Shown: positions 16,842 to 25,891 of the stretch, piece after piece
Position numbering within the stretch: position 1 is the stretch's first letter
Layout of the letters: the number at the start of each line of letters is the position of its first letter
Assembly (NCBI GenBank): GCA_046590855.1
Contig: JBKJTJ010000180.1
Span: 1-41,801 of the forward strand
Reading direction: 5' to 3'
DNA: 41,801 bases
Origin: Actinomycetota bacterium
GTDB lineage: Bacteria > Actinomycetota > Actinomycetes > Actinomycetales > Angustibacteraceae
Notes under the pieces: generated by a model
Seen by the model: the letters and a program-made list of their open reading frames with translations, nothing else
Databases searched by the model: none
Told to the model about the DNA's origin: nothing
Position numbers and translations under genes: made by a program

Positions 16842-18347
16842 GTGTCCTCTGACACCACCACCGCTCCCTGCGCCCCGCCGGACGCCGCGAGCGCACCTCG
16901 CCGCCTCCGCCGTCCCGCCCACGCGACGATCGTGCTGGCCGTGATCCTGACCTGCCAGCTGATGGTCGTGCTGGACGCCACCATCGTGAACGTCGCCCTG
17001 CCGCAGATGCAGCGCGCGCTCGGCTTCTCGCCCGCCGGCCTGTCGTGGGTGCTGAACGCCTACACGCTGACGTTCGGCGGCCTGCTGCTGCTCGGCGCGC
17101 GGGCCGGCGACCTGCTCGGCCGCCGCCGCACCTTCATCGCCGGCATCGCCGTGTTCTCGCTCGCGTCGCTGCTCGGTGGTTTCGCGCCGACCAGTGGGCT
17201 GCTGCTCGCGGCCCGTGCCTTGCAGGGCGTCGGAGCGGCGCTGGCGGCGCCGTCGTCCCTGGCCCTGCTGACGACGATGTTCAGCGCGCCTCGCGACCGG
17301 GCCCGCGCGCTCGGCCTGTTCACCGCCGTGTCGGTCAGCGGTGGGGCGCTCGGCCTGATCCTGGGCGGCACCCTCACCCAGTGGGCGTCGTGGCGCTGGG
17401 TCATGTTCGTCAACGTGCCGATCGGCGTCGTCGTGATCCTCGTCGGCCTGGCGGTGCTGCCCGAGACCGGACGCCGGTCGGGCACCTTCGACCTGCCCGG
17501 TGCCGTCTTCTCGACGCTCGGCATGACCGGCCTGGTCTACGGCTTCGTCCGGGCGGCGACCGCGGGCTGGGCCGACGTCCTCACCCTGTCGTCGTTCGCC
17601 GCAGGCGCTGTGCTGCTCGCCGCATTCGTCGTGGTCGAGAAGCGCACCGCACAGCCGATCACGCCGCTGTCGCTGTTCGCCGACCACAGCCGCACGATCG
17701 CGAACGTCGCACGCGGACTGTTGTTCGCCGGCATGTTCGGCATGTTCTTCTTCCTCACCCAGTTCCTGCAGGACGTGCTGGGCTACAGCTCGCTGGCCAC
17801 CGGCTTCGCGTTCCTGCCGATGCCGGTGACGGTCTTCGTCGTCTCGCAGGCGAGCAGCCGGGTGCTGATGAACCGGGTCAACGGCAAGGTGATGATGCTG
17901 GTCGGCATCGCCCTGGCGGTCAGCGGGTTCACGTTGGCCAGCACGCTCGGCCCGGACTCGACGTACCTGCGCGTCGTCGCGAGCCTACTGCTCTTCGCCT
18001 TCGGCAACGGACTGTCGTTCATCCCGCTCACCCAGGCCGCGCTCGACGGCGTGCCCGCACGGGACGCCGGTGCGGCGTCCGGCCTGGTCAACGTGACCCA
18101 GCAGCTGGGTGGCACGCTCGGCGTCGCGGTGCTCGTCACCGTCTTCGGCCACTACGCAGCAGCGGCCGGGGTGCTCGAGGGAGCGTCGGCCGTCGCCCAG
18201 GCGCACCACGTCTTCACCGCCGGTGCCTCACACGCCTTCGCTGCCTCAGCGCTGTTCCTCGTCGCGGCCTTCGCCCTCGTCGCCGCCGGCGTCCGGGGCT
18301 CGGGCCAGCACGCGCCCGCACCCGCCGCGGATCACGTCGAGGTCTGA
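16842..18347 (+). CDS. DHA2 (EmrB/QacA-type, 14-TMS) MFS drug-efflux transporter
   Basis: 'LDATIVNVALPQMQRALGFS...WVLNAYTLTFGGLLLLGARAGDLLGRRR' is the canonical DHA2 N-terminus. 501 aa with many hydrophobic segments. Divergent from the TetR gene. Confidence 0.9.
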   Translation: MSSDTTTAPCAPPDAASAPRRLRRPAHATIVLAVILTCQLMVVLDATIVNVALPQMQRALGFSPAGLSWVLNAYTLTFGGLLLLGARAGDLLGRRRTFIAGIAVFSLASLLGGFAPTSGLLLAARALQGVGAALAAPSSLALLTTMFSAPRDRARALGLFTAVSVSGGALGLILGGTLTQWASWRWVMFVNVPIGVVVILVGLAVLPETGRRSGTFDLPGAVFSTLGMTGLVYGFVRAATAGWADVLTLSSFAAGAVLLAAFVVVEKRTAQPITPLSLFADHSRTIANVARGLLFAGMFGMFFFLTQFLQDVLGYSSLATGFAFLPMPVTVFVVSQASSRVLMNRVNGKVMMLVGIALAVSGFTLASTLGPDSTYLRVVASLLLFAFGNGLSFIPLTQAALDGVPARDAGAASGLVNVTQQLGGTLGVAVLVTVFGHYAAAAGVLEGASAVAQAHHVFTAGASHAFAASALFLVAAFALVAAGVRGSGQHAPAPAADHVEV

Positions 18348-18385
18348 CCCGCCGTGCAGAGCCCGGCATCTCGCGCTTCTGCGCG

Positions 18386-18802
18386 GTGAAGTCGTGGACG
18401 GTCGTCGGACGCAGTTGACAGTACTTTCGAGGCCGGACCGCCCGGTGCACGCACCGACGGCGACCATGGGTTCTATCTCTGCCCCAAGCCCAGCGGGCCT
18501 GCGCCGCACTTCCATAGCTCGCTCGCCGAGGCGTTCTACGTCCTCGCCGGCACGGTGCGGCTGTACGACGGTGAGCAGTGGGTGGACGCCGGCGCCGGCG
18601 ACTTCCTGCACGTGCCGGCCGGCGGTGTGCACGGGTTCTGCAAAAGTCCGGTGAGCCGGCGTCCATGATGATCCTGTTCATCCCCGGTGCGGCACGGGAG
18701 GCGTCCTTCGAGGGCACCTTCGAGATGGGCCGCACCGGCGTCCGGCCCAGCGACGCAGAACTGGCCGACTTGTACGCCCAGCACGACACCGTCTGGGTGT
18801 GA
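18386..18802 (+). pseudogene. Cupin-domain gene remnant, frameshifted with an unclear or damaged 5' end
   Basis: The cupin core 'GPAPHFHSSLAEAFYVLAGTVRLYDGEQWVDAGAGDFLHVPAGGVHGF' is read in one frame (about 18420-18638). The expected continuation '..KSGEPASMMILFIPGAAREASFEG...HDTVWV*' is in the -1 frame, ending at 18802. The break is near 18636-18645. No ATG or GTG opens the core frame after the stop at 18387. Confidence 0.55.
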
Positions 18803-18819
18803 GGGTGGAAGCGGTGCCG

Positions 18820-21800
18820 CTAGACCGCCACGGCTCGTGAGCTCAGCAGGACGGCGGGCGGGATCTCATGCTCGAGCTGCCAGGTGATGGCCATCGGCCG
18901 CTCACCGCGGTGCTGCACGTAACGCACAGGGCCGAGCAGCAGAAACGGCGCCCCGGCGCCGAGCGGGTTCGAGGGGGCATCACGCACGAAGAGCAGCACC
19001 TGGGTTCCGAGCCGCTCGTGGTGGACGTAACGGCGCCCGACGGGGGAGTCCGACGTGGTGGCGTTCTGCGACTCCCAGTGGAAGAGCGACTCGGACAGCG
19101 CGTAGTCCCGGTACATGGTGGTGGGCGAGAAGTCGCGCTCGGACTTGTGCAGGTTGACCATCAGCGCGTCTGTCTGGCTGGCTTCAGCCCAGGCAACTCC
19201 GGTGATGTTGCCCCGTGCGGACCGATCGAGCGAGGCCCAGTCCAGGGCAGCCAGCAGCTCCTCACGGCGGTAGTGGGCGTGCGCCGCCAAGGTCACGTCG
19301 CCAATCAGGGGCCGCGCCACATGCTGGGCCCGGCTCAGGCCGAGCGCGATGACCTGCTCGAGCTCGGCACAGACGGCCGGCTGTGTGCGCAGGGCCGCGA
19401 GCCCGGCCTGATAGCTGTGGTGACCGCCACCGTTGGGCCAGACCGTGAAGAACAGCATGCGGGCGTATCGCTGCAGTCGGGCGGGAAGCTCGGCGTACGG
19501 CGGCGCCGTCGGTGACAGCAGCTCGGTGTACGCGTGCGCTCGATCGACGTCGTCGACATGGACGAAAGCACTGACCCGTCGGAGCAGGTACTCCTCGCCC
19601 GGGACGGCCGCGGGCCAAGGCAGGTCGGCGTCGCGAACCAGCCGAGTCCAGCTGCTCTTCGCCGCGTAGATCTCGGCTAGCTCGGCGCCGCTCGCCTCGA
19701 GATAGACCGCCACCGAGGTGGTCGCGATCGAGCGGACATCCGCCACCCGCTGCTTGCGGGAAAGGCGCAGGTGAGCCTTGATCTGCTCGAGCACCTGTTG
19801 CTCAGTCACTCGGTCGAGCACGATCTGAGAGCCAGCCGGCAAGAAGGGGAAGCCGCTTGAAACCTGAGCAGCGAGCTCGTTGCGCCGTGAACCGGTCATC
19901 GCCGTGTACCGCATATCGAGGCGGTACTCCCGCCGTTGCTGACCCACGAAGTCGAGCACCGTCAAGACAGACTTGTCGTGGGTGCGGCGCAAGCCACGAC
20001 CCAGCTGCTGCAGAAAGATCGTGGCGGATGCCGTCGGGCGCAGAAGTAGCAGTGTGTCGACGGCCGGCAGGTCGAGGCCCTCATTGAAGAGATCGACGGC
20101 GAAGATCGCGTTGACCCGCCGATCCTTGAGCGCCTGCAGTGCCCCGGCCCGCTCTTCTCGGGTGGAGTCGGCGTCAATCGCAACTGCGGGGACACCAGCC
20201 TCGGTGAACGTCCGGGCCATGAATGTTGCATGAGCCTTGCTCACGCAGAATCCCAGCGCACGCATCGCCCGAGCGTCAGATACTTTGTCCCGCAGTGCTC
20301 GCAGCACAATCCGCACCCGCGCGTCGTTGCCGGTGTACAGGTTGCTCAGGCTTGCGACGTCGTAGTCTCCGCGCCTCCACTCCAGTCGCGAGAGATCGGT
20401 GCCGTCGGCGACGCCGAAGTAGTGGAAAGGACAAAGCAGATCAGCGGTGAGGGCGTCCCAGAGTCGTAGCTCTGCGCTGATGTGGCCATCGAAGAACTCT
20501 TGGGCGATGTTGACGCCGTCTGCGCGCTCCGGGGTGGCGGTGAGGGCGAGCAGCTCCTGCGGCTTCAGGTGCTGGATCAGTCGCCGATAGCTGGCCGACT
20601 CCATGTGGTGCGACTCATCGAGCACGACGACGTCGAAGTGGTCGGCGGGGATTTTGTCGATCCCGTAGGCGGTCAGCGACTGGATGCTGGCGAAGACGTG
20701 CTGCCACCGCTCCGGTCGTCGCCCGTCGACGTACAGCTCACCAAAGGCCCCGTCGCCCAGTACGTTGCGGTACGTGGACAGGCTTTGTTCGAGGATCTCG
20801 CGGCGATGGGCGACGAAGAGCAACGTCCGGTCGCCGAGTCGCCGGTAGTCCAGTGCGGCGATGACGGTCTTGCCGGTGCCGGTGGCTGCGACGACCAGGT
20901 TCCGATGTCGTTCGTGTACCCGTCGCTCGACGTCGAGCTGCTCGAGCATCTCGGCTTGGTGCGGGAAGGGTCGCACCTCCAGACCGCTGAGTACGGTTGG
21001 TGCTGCCCCTGTCGCCCCCCGAGCCGCCGCGATCGCGTCGTCGAGACGGTCGCGGTCGCGGGCCGGGTCGTAGCGCTCGAAGCTGGGGTCGGCCCAGTAG
21101 GAGTCGAAGGTGGCACGGAACTTGTCGAGCAGTGTCGGTGTGCTGCCAGCCGCAAGGCGCACGTTCCATTCCAGGCCGTCCAGCAGCGCCGCGCGACTGA
21201 GGTTGGAGCTGCCGATGTACGCGGTGTCGAAGCGGCTGTGGCGGTTGAACAACCAGGCCTTGGCGTGCAGCCTGGTGGACGTCGTCTGGTAGTTGATCCG
21301 CACCTCAGCGCCTAGCTGGGTGACCAGGCGGTCAAGCGCCTGCCGCTCGGTAGCTCCCATGTAGGTCGTCGTCAGCACGCGCAGCGGGCCACCGCGTTGC
21401 TTGAGCCGGTGCAGTGGCAACTCGAGAATGCGCAGCCCGCTCCACTTCACGAACGCGCACAGCAGATCCACCGAGTCCGCGCTGTCGAGCTCGGCAGCGA
21501 TTTCGGTGCCCATGCTCGGCTCGCCACGGGCGTTGGTCAGCAAGGCCGGCTGTGACAGGGGTGTCTGTGGGCGGGTGTCCAGTGCCCACACGCCCGGCGC
21601 GATGGGACGGCGGAGCGCCACGAGATGCCTTGGGCCAGGCTCAATCACTTCGTCAGTGCCAAGGTGTGCGAGCACCTCGTTGGCGAAGCGCACCCGCTCT
21701 TCGGGCCTCTGTCTCGCCAGGGCGCGGTTGACGGCGTCGGCGAGAAACCCGGCGAGCTGTTGCGCGGACTCGGCATCTTCGATCGTCGCTGTCTCGGCAA

Positions 21801-21876
21801 TGAGGTCGAGCTCGGTCAGCGCCTGCTGGAGGGAGGCCGTCAGCACTGTCTCGTACAGGCCTTCCCTCAACGACAT
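18820..21876 (-). CDS. Single-polypeptide fusion of a PLD-like (HKD) nuclease domain, an SF2 (ResIII/DExH) helicase and C-terminal DUF3427 (1018 aa)
   Basis: HKD motif 'RLHAKAWLFNRHSRFDTAYIGSSNLS'. Helicase motif I 'AATGTGKT', II 'VVLDESHH', III 'LTATPER', VI 'QQLGRGLRR'. C-terminus 'YRDYALSESLFHWESQNATT...VLLFVRD...FLLLGPVRYVQHRGERPMAITWQLEHEIP' is typical of DUF3427. Confidence 0.9.
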   Translation of the reverse strand: MSLREGLYETVLTASLQQALTELDLIAETATIEDAESAQQLAGFLADAVNRALARQRPEERVRFANEVLAHLGTDEVIEPGPRHLVALRRPIAPGVWALDTRPQTPLSQPALLTNARGEPSMGTEIAAELDSADSVDLLCAFVKWSGLRILELPLHRLKQRGGPLRVLTTTYMGATERQALDRLVTQLGAEVRINYQTTSTRLHAKAWLFNRHSRFDTAYIGSSNLSRAALLDGLEWNVRLAAGSTPTLLDKFRATFDSYWADPSFERYDPARDRDRLDDAIAAARGATGAAPTVLSGLEVRPFPHQAEMLEQLDVERRVHERHRNLVVAATGTGKTVIAALDYRRLGDRTLLFVAHRREILEQSLSTYRNVLGDGAFGELYVDGRRPERWQHVFASIQSLTAYGIDKIPADHFDVVVLDESHHMESASYRRLIQHLKPQELLALTATPERADGVNIAQEFFDGHISAELRLWDALTADLLCPFHYFGVADGTDLSRLEWRRGDYDVASLSNLYTGNDARVRIVLRALRDKVSDARAMRALGFCVSKAHATFMARTFTEAGVPAVAIDADSTREERAGALQALKDRRVNAIFAVDLFNEGLDLPAVDTLLLLRPTASATIFLQQLGRGLRRTHDKSVLTVLDFVGQQRREYRLDMRYTAMTGSRRNELAAQVSSGFPFLPAGSQIVLDRVTEQQVLEQIKAHLRLSRKQRVADVRSIATTSVAVYLEASGAELAEIYAAKSSWTRLVRDADLPWPAAVPGEEYLLRRVSAFVHVDDVDRAHAYTELLSPTAPPYAELPARLQRYARMLFFTVWPNGGGHHSYQAGLAALRTQPAVCAELEQVIALGLSRAQHVARPLIGDVTLAAHAHYRREELLAALDWASLDRSARGNITGVAWAEASQTDALMVNLHKSERDFSPTTMYRDYALSESLFHWESQNATTSDSPVGRRYVHHERLGTQVLLFVRDAPSNPLGAGAPFLLLGPVRYVQHRGERPMAITWQLEHEIPPAVLLSSRAVAV

Positions 21877-22064
21877 GCCGGCAGCTTGTCACGTGGTCCC
21901 CCCGAATCGTCGTGAAAACGGCACAACGGGCAGCCGTGGGCAGCATGTCCGGAACGTGCCGCAGCGACCTGCGGGACTGCCCCTTGCCTAATCGTCCGTT
22001 TTGGGCAGGATGGGGCCCGTCCCCGGAGCACATCCAGCAGGGGGGACCTCACCGAGGAGGATCC

Positions 22065-23702
22065 GTGCGATCAACGAAGCTCGCTCCACCGGCAGCCGCC
22101 CGCTGGCCCCGGCGTCAGCGTCTGGGCCGGACGATCACCGTCGCCGCCGTCGCGTGGCTGTTGGCGAGCCCGACCGCGACGGCCGGACCCGTGCCGGCAG
22201 CGGCCACCCCGCGGGTGACCGCGTCGACCACCGCGGCAACGACCACACCGATGTCCACGACGAGCATCGAGGGGACGAAGATCCAGGGTCCGATCCCGGT
22301 CACCTCGACGTCGTACCCGTTCGGCGGCGCCGCGCACACGCGGGTGCCCGAGAACCTGCGCAAGATCGGCTACGTCGAGGAGGAGTACTTCGTCAGCGGC
22401 CTGGCGAACGTCTACACCTGGCCCAAGCCGGGGCCGGCCGTGGTCCGGACGGCGAACGCCCCGTACACGACCCGGATCCTCGTCCGCCGGCCGGCGAAGG
22501 CCGCGCGTTTCAGCGGCAACGTCGTCGTCGAGCCGCTCAACCCCTCGAACCTGTTCGACCTCAACCTCGGCTGGGGTCTGATGCACGACCAGCTGATCCG
22601 CAACGGTGACATCTGGGTGGGCGTGACCATCAAGCCGGTGTCCATGCAGACGCTCAAGACCTTCGACCCCGTTCGCTACAAGGCGATGGCGATGGACAAC
22701 CCACTGCCGCTCGACGACCCGCGCAACTGCGCCACCGTCCCGTCCGACAGCTCGCGCACCACCGAGAACGGTCTGGCGTGGGACATCTACACCCAGGTCG
22801 GCCAGCTGCTGCGCGCGAAGTCGGCCAAGAACCCCGTCGCGTACGTGGGCCAGCGGATCCGCCATCAGGTCAAGCTGTACGGGTTCGGGTACTCCCAGAC
22901 CGGGGGCTACATGTACGACTACATCAACGCCGTCCAGCCGCGCGTAGTGCAGCAGACCGGCCGGGACGTGTACGACGGGTACATCGTCGCGGTGGCCGGC
23001 GGCAACTTCGCGGGCATCTACCCGATCAACCAGTGCGAGGCGGTGCCCGCGGTCGACGACCCGCGTCGCCAGTTCTCGAACGTCGGGACGCCGATCATCC
23101 ACGTCATGTCACAGTCGGACTACCTGCGCGGGATCACCGCGCGCCGTCCGGACAGCGACTGGCCGACCGATCGCTACCGTCAGTACGAGATGACCGGTGC
23201 CGGGCACGCGACACCCACCGAGCTGAACTACGCCGCACAGCCTGCCGACATCATCAAGGGCGGACGCTCCGTGCCCCCGGCGGAGTGCAACGAGGGCCCG
23301 CGCAGCCGGTTCCCCAGCCAGATCTTCTTCGACGCGATGATGCGCAACCTCGACCAGTGGGTCCGCCGGGGCGCCGCGCCGCCGTACGGGTCGCCGATGG
23401 TGGTCCAGAACGGCGAGCCGGTGCTCGACCGCTTCGGCAACGTGCTCGGCGGCCTGCGCTCGCCGTACGTCGACGTGCCGACGTCGACCTGGTACGGCAG
23501 CTCGACCGGAGCCTCGTTCTGCTTCATCGCCGGCCACGAGGTGCCGTTCAGCACGGCCCTGCTGAAGCAGCTGTACGTGAGCCACACCCTGTACGTGCAG
23601 GCGGTCAGGCGGGACGTCGACCGGCTGGTCAAGGCGCGCTTCATCACGGCCTACGACGGCCGGATGCTCGTCGCCGAGGCGCAGGCGGCGCAGGTGCCGT
23701 GA
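22065..23702 (+). CDS. Secreted protein, possibly an alpha/beta-hydrolase-like enzyme (family not securely recognised)
   Basis: GTG 22065 lies 4 nt after a strong SD, GAGGAGG (22054-22060). The N-terminus 'RWPRRQRLGRTITVAAVAWLLASPTATA/GP' is signal-peptide-like (possibly Tat-type RR). 545 aa with G/C-rich third positions. The function call is weak. Confidence 0.7.
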   Translation: MRSTKLAPPAAARWPRRQRLGRTITVAAVAWLLASPTATAGPVPAAATPRVTASTTAATTTPMSTTSIEGTKIQGPIPVTSTSYPFGGAAHTRVPENLRKIGYVEEEYFVSGLANVYTWPKPGPAVVRTANAPYTTRILVRRPAKAARFSGNVVVEPLNPSNLFDLNLGWGLMHDQLIRNGDIWVGVTIKPVSMQTLKTFDPVRYKAMAMDNPLPLDDPRNCATVPSDSSRTTENGLAWDIYTQVGQLLRAKSAKNPVAYVGQRIRHQVKLYGFGYSQTGGYMYDYINAVQPRVVQQTGRDVYDGYIVAVAGGNFAGIYPINQCEAVPAVDDPRRQFSNVGTPIIHVMSQSDYLRGITARRPDSDWPTDRYRQYEMTGAGHATPTELNYAAQPADIIKGGRSVPPAECNEGPRSRFPSQIFFDAMMRNLDQWVRRGAAPPYGSPMVVQNGEPVLDRFGNVLGGLRSPYVDVPTSTWYGSSTGASFCFIAGHEVPFSTALLKQLYVSHTLYVQAVRRDVDRLVKARFITAYDGRMLVAEAQAAQVP

Positions 23703-23740
23703 CCCGCCAAACGGCGTCGCACCACTGACGCCATGGCGAC

Positions 23741-23775
23741 CGGACGGTCTCGTGGGCTTTGCACGAGGCCGTCCG
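23741..23775 (+). terminator. Stem-loop downstream of the hydrolase-like gene (candidate intrinsic terminator, no U-tract)
   Basis: CGGACGGTCTCGTG (23741-23754), loop GGCTTTG, then CACGAGGCCGTCCG (23762-23775). This gives a 14-bp stem with one G-U pair, starting 39 nt after the stop at 23702. Confidence 0.45.
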
Positions 23776-24562
23776 GTGCGTCAGATCAGCCGCTCGCGCG
23801 GGGCCGACACCAGACGGCGGCGACGCGTGCACGAGCTAAGGCGCCGGCGTCTTCTCCCCGAGGCTGGCGCCACCTGGGACGACGTTGCTCGGGTGGTCCT
23901 GCCAGGTGACCACCGGATGGTCCGGGGTCACCCGCGGCGATCGCAGAACAAGGCGCGCTCGTGCAGCCGCGCCGTGTGCCGAAGGCCAGGCGCGAGCAGC
24001 CGAACCGCGAGTTGCTGGCCCAGCAGCACGCCGCCTTCGCGGCTGGCTGACGTAGCCCTTGCCCGGGTGGGTGGCCAGACGTCTCACCCCGGCCACCCAC
24101 GCTCTCTACGTGGTGGTGGCTCGACCCGGTCATCGCCGAGCTGGGGTTGACGTCGATGGCGCGCGGACGCCATGCGCTCGCGACCGGGCAGCTGCTGAGC
24201 AAGACCCAGGCCATCGAACTCGTGCAGGCCTCCCCGTGGCTGGTCGAGCGGCTGCGGGCTCGCCGCCGCGGTGAGCCCGTTCGGTTGCCGCGACTGCGCA
24301 CCGCCCGCGTCGCCTGGGCCGACGCACGACGTAGCACCGGGCGGGCCAGGCGGTGGGCGTCGGGCGAGAACTAGTGGTGTCTCCGCTCTGGCTGCCTGGT
24401 TCTCGACCGCCTGGAGGGTGACTCGTCCTTGGCCGCGTGGACCGGTTCGCTGCCCAGGTCCCGGTGCGCACACCGAAGTCCGGGACATCCGTCCCGCCCA
24501 AATCCTGGTGCGGCCGATGAGCGCGATGACGAGCGGGGCGACGGAGCAACCCCGTGGCCGAT

Positions 24563-24602
24563 CGGGGCAACGGCGCGTCACATCTGACGCCCCGTTGCCC
24601 CG
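24563..24602 (-). terminator. Long GC-rich hairpin immediately 3' of the DUF222/HNH gene (candidate terminator)
   Basis: CGGGGCAACGG (24563-24573) pairs with CCGTTGCCCCG (24592-24602). An inner pairing is CGTCA/TGACG. It lies 11 nt beyond the stop codon (24614-24616) on the minus strand. Confidence 0.5.
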
Positions 24603-24613
24603 GTCGTCGAAAT

Positions 24614-25891
24614 TCACCCGTCGGGTTGCCACAGGGGTGGCAGGGGTGTCCCGCGTCGCCTGGTCCAGACGGGTGGGTCGAACATCGGTCGGCCGGTGGG
24701 TTCGTCGATCCGGACTGACCACCGGTCGTCGTGCTGGTCGTCGTGGATGACGCGTTGGTGGTGGTACCGGCACAGCAGCACCAGGTTGGCCAGACTCGTC
24801 GGTCCGCCGTCGGCCCAGTGCTGGATGTGGTGGGCGTCGCATCGCGAGGCCGGGGTGTCACAGCCGGGGAACGCGCAGTTCTGGTCCCGGACCATGAGGG
24901 CGGCCCACATTGCGGCGTTGACGGTGCGGGTGCGTCGTCCGACGTCCAGCACCTGACCGAGCGGCCCGACGGTAACCGGGGTGATCGTCGCGTCGCACGC
25001 GAGGCGTCGGGTGGTCTCCCCGGAGATGACCCCGCCCCAGTCCAGGGACGACCCGCCCGGCTCACCCGCCAGGGTCCCGGCGCCGGTGACGACCGACAGG
25101 TGCGCGCCCGGGCGGCGGACGTCAGGTGCCTGCTGGCAGTCCAGGTAGTGGCGCGACACCTCCACCAGGGCGTCCAGGCGGCGCCGGGCCGCGGTGCGCC
25201 CGTCGATGAGCCCGTCCGGGGTCGGCGGTCGTGGGGCGGACAGCGGTTCGAGCGCCGCCTGGATCACGGCCAGGGACTCGGGGTCCAGGTCACCGCGGGC
25301 GATCCCGGCCCCGCACAGGGTGGACGCGAAGGTGACCCCGGACCGCTCACGTTGCTCGGCCTCGTCCCGCGCGACCCCGTGCGGATCGACCCGCGACGCG
25401 AGGTACCGCCCGGCGCGGGCCAGCTGCACCGGGTCAAGGGCCCGGGCGTGCTCGACCAGGGTCGCCTCACCCGCGAGCCGGACGTCCTCGGACAGGGCGC
25501 TGGGCAGGTCGGTGATGACCTTGGTGATGACCTGCGCCTGACCGATCCCGATCGTCCCAGCGGCGATGGCGTGCGCCGTCGCCTCGCAGGTCGAACGCAG
25601 GGCACTGGCCGTGGCCACAGCGCGCGCTGCCTCGGACGGGGACACCAGGCACGTGCCGCGCAGGAACGCCTTCGTCGAACCCGCCCCGATGACCTGGGCG
25701 GCGCCGCGGGCCTGGACCTCACCGACCCGGCGCAACCACTCACCCTCGGCCTGGTCGATCAGCCGACGAAGGTCAGCGACGTCGGTCAGCAGGGACCCGG
25801 CATCGACACCGTGCAGGTCCTCGAACTGCAGCCCCGAGACCGCGTCGCGCACGGCGACGAGCGCCTCGCTCAGTGCCCCGGTGCTGTCCAT
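24614..25891 (-). CDS. DUF222 / HNH-endonuclease family protein (REP13E12-like)
   Basis: C-terminal HNH signature 'CAFPGCDTPASRCDAHHIQHWADGGPTSLANLVLLCRYHHQRVIH'. The long helical N-terminal region is typical of DUF222. An in-frame TGA lies immediately upstream of ATG 25891. Confidence 0.9.
   Translation of the reverse strand: MDSTGALSEALVAVRDAVSGLQFEDLHGVDAGSLLTDVADLRRLIDQAEGEWLRRVGEVQARGAAQVIGAGSTKAFLRGTCLVSPSEAARAVATASALRSTCEATAHAIAAGTIGIGQAQVITKVITDLPSALSEDVRLAGEATLVEHARALDPVQLARAGRYLASRVDPHGVARDEAEQRERSGVTFASTLCGAGIARGDLDPESLAVIQAALEPLSAPRPPTPDGLIDGRTAARRRLDALVEVSRHYLDCQQAPDVRRPGAHLSVVTGAGTLAGEPGGSSLDWGGVISGETTRRLACDATITPVTVGPLGQVLDVGRRTRTVNAAMWAALMVRDQNCAFPGCDTPASRCDAHHIQHWADGGPTSLANLVLLCRYHHQRVIHDDQHDDRWSVRIDEPTGRPMFDPPVWTRRRGTPLPPLWQPDG

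Noticed and set aside
16842-18418. Overlapping 457-aa plus-frame ORF (17045-18418) and minus ORFs within the MFS gene
   Set aside because: These are off-frame Arg/Pro-rich products. The MFS frame has a canonical DHA2 signature and hydrophobic periodicity.
21912-22064. Longer N-terminus for the hydrolase-like gene starting at 21912
   Set aside because: GTG 22065 has a near-perfect GAGGAGG SD and is immediately followed by a signal-peptide-like sequence. The extension would bury the signal peptide.
18803-22064. Looked for direct repeats, att-like sites, integrase or tRNA flanking the lower-G+C helicase gene
   Set aside because: None was recognisable by eye, so no mobile-element boundaries are claimed. 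Only the compositional dip and the neighbouring pseudogene are reported.
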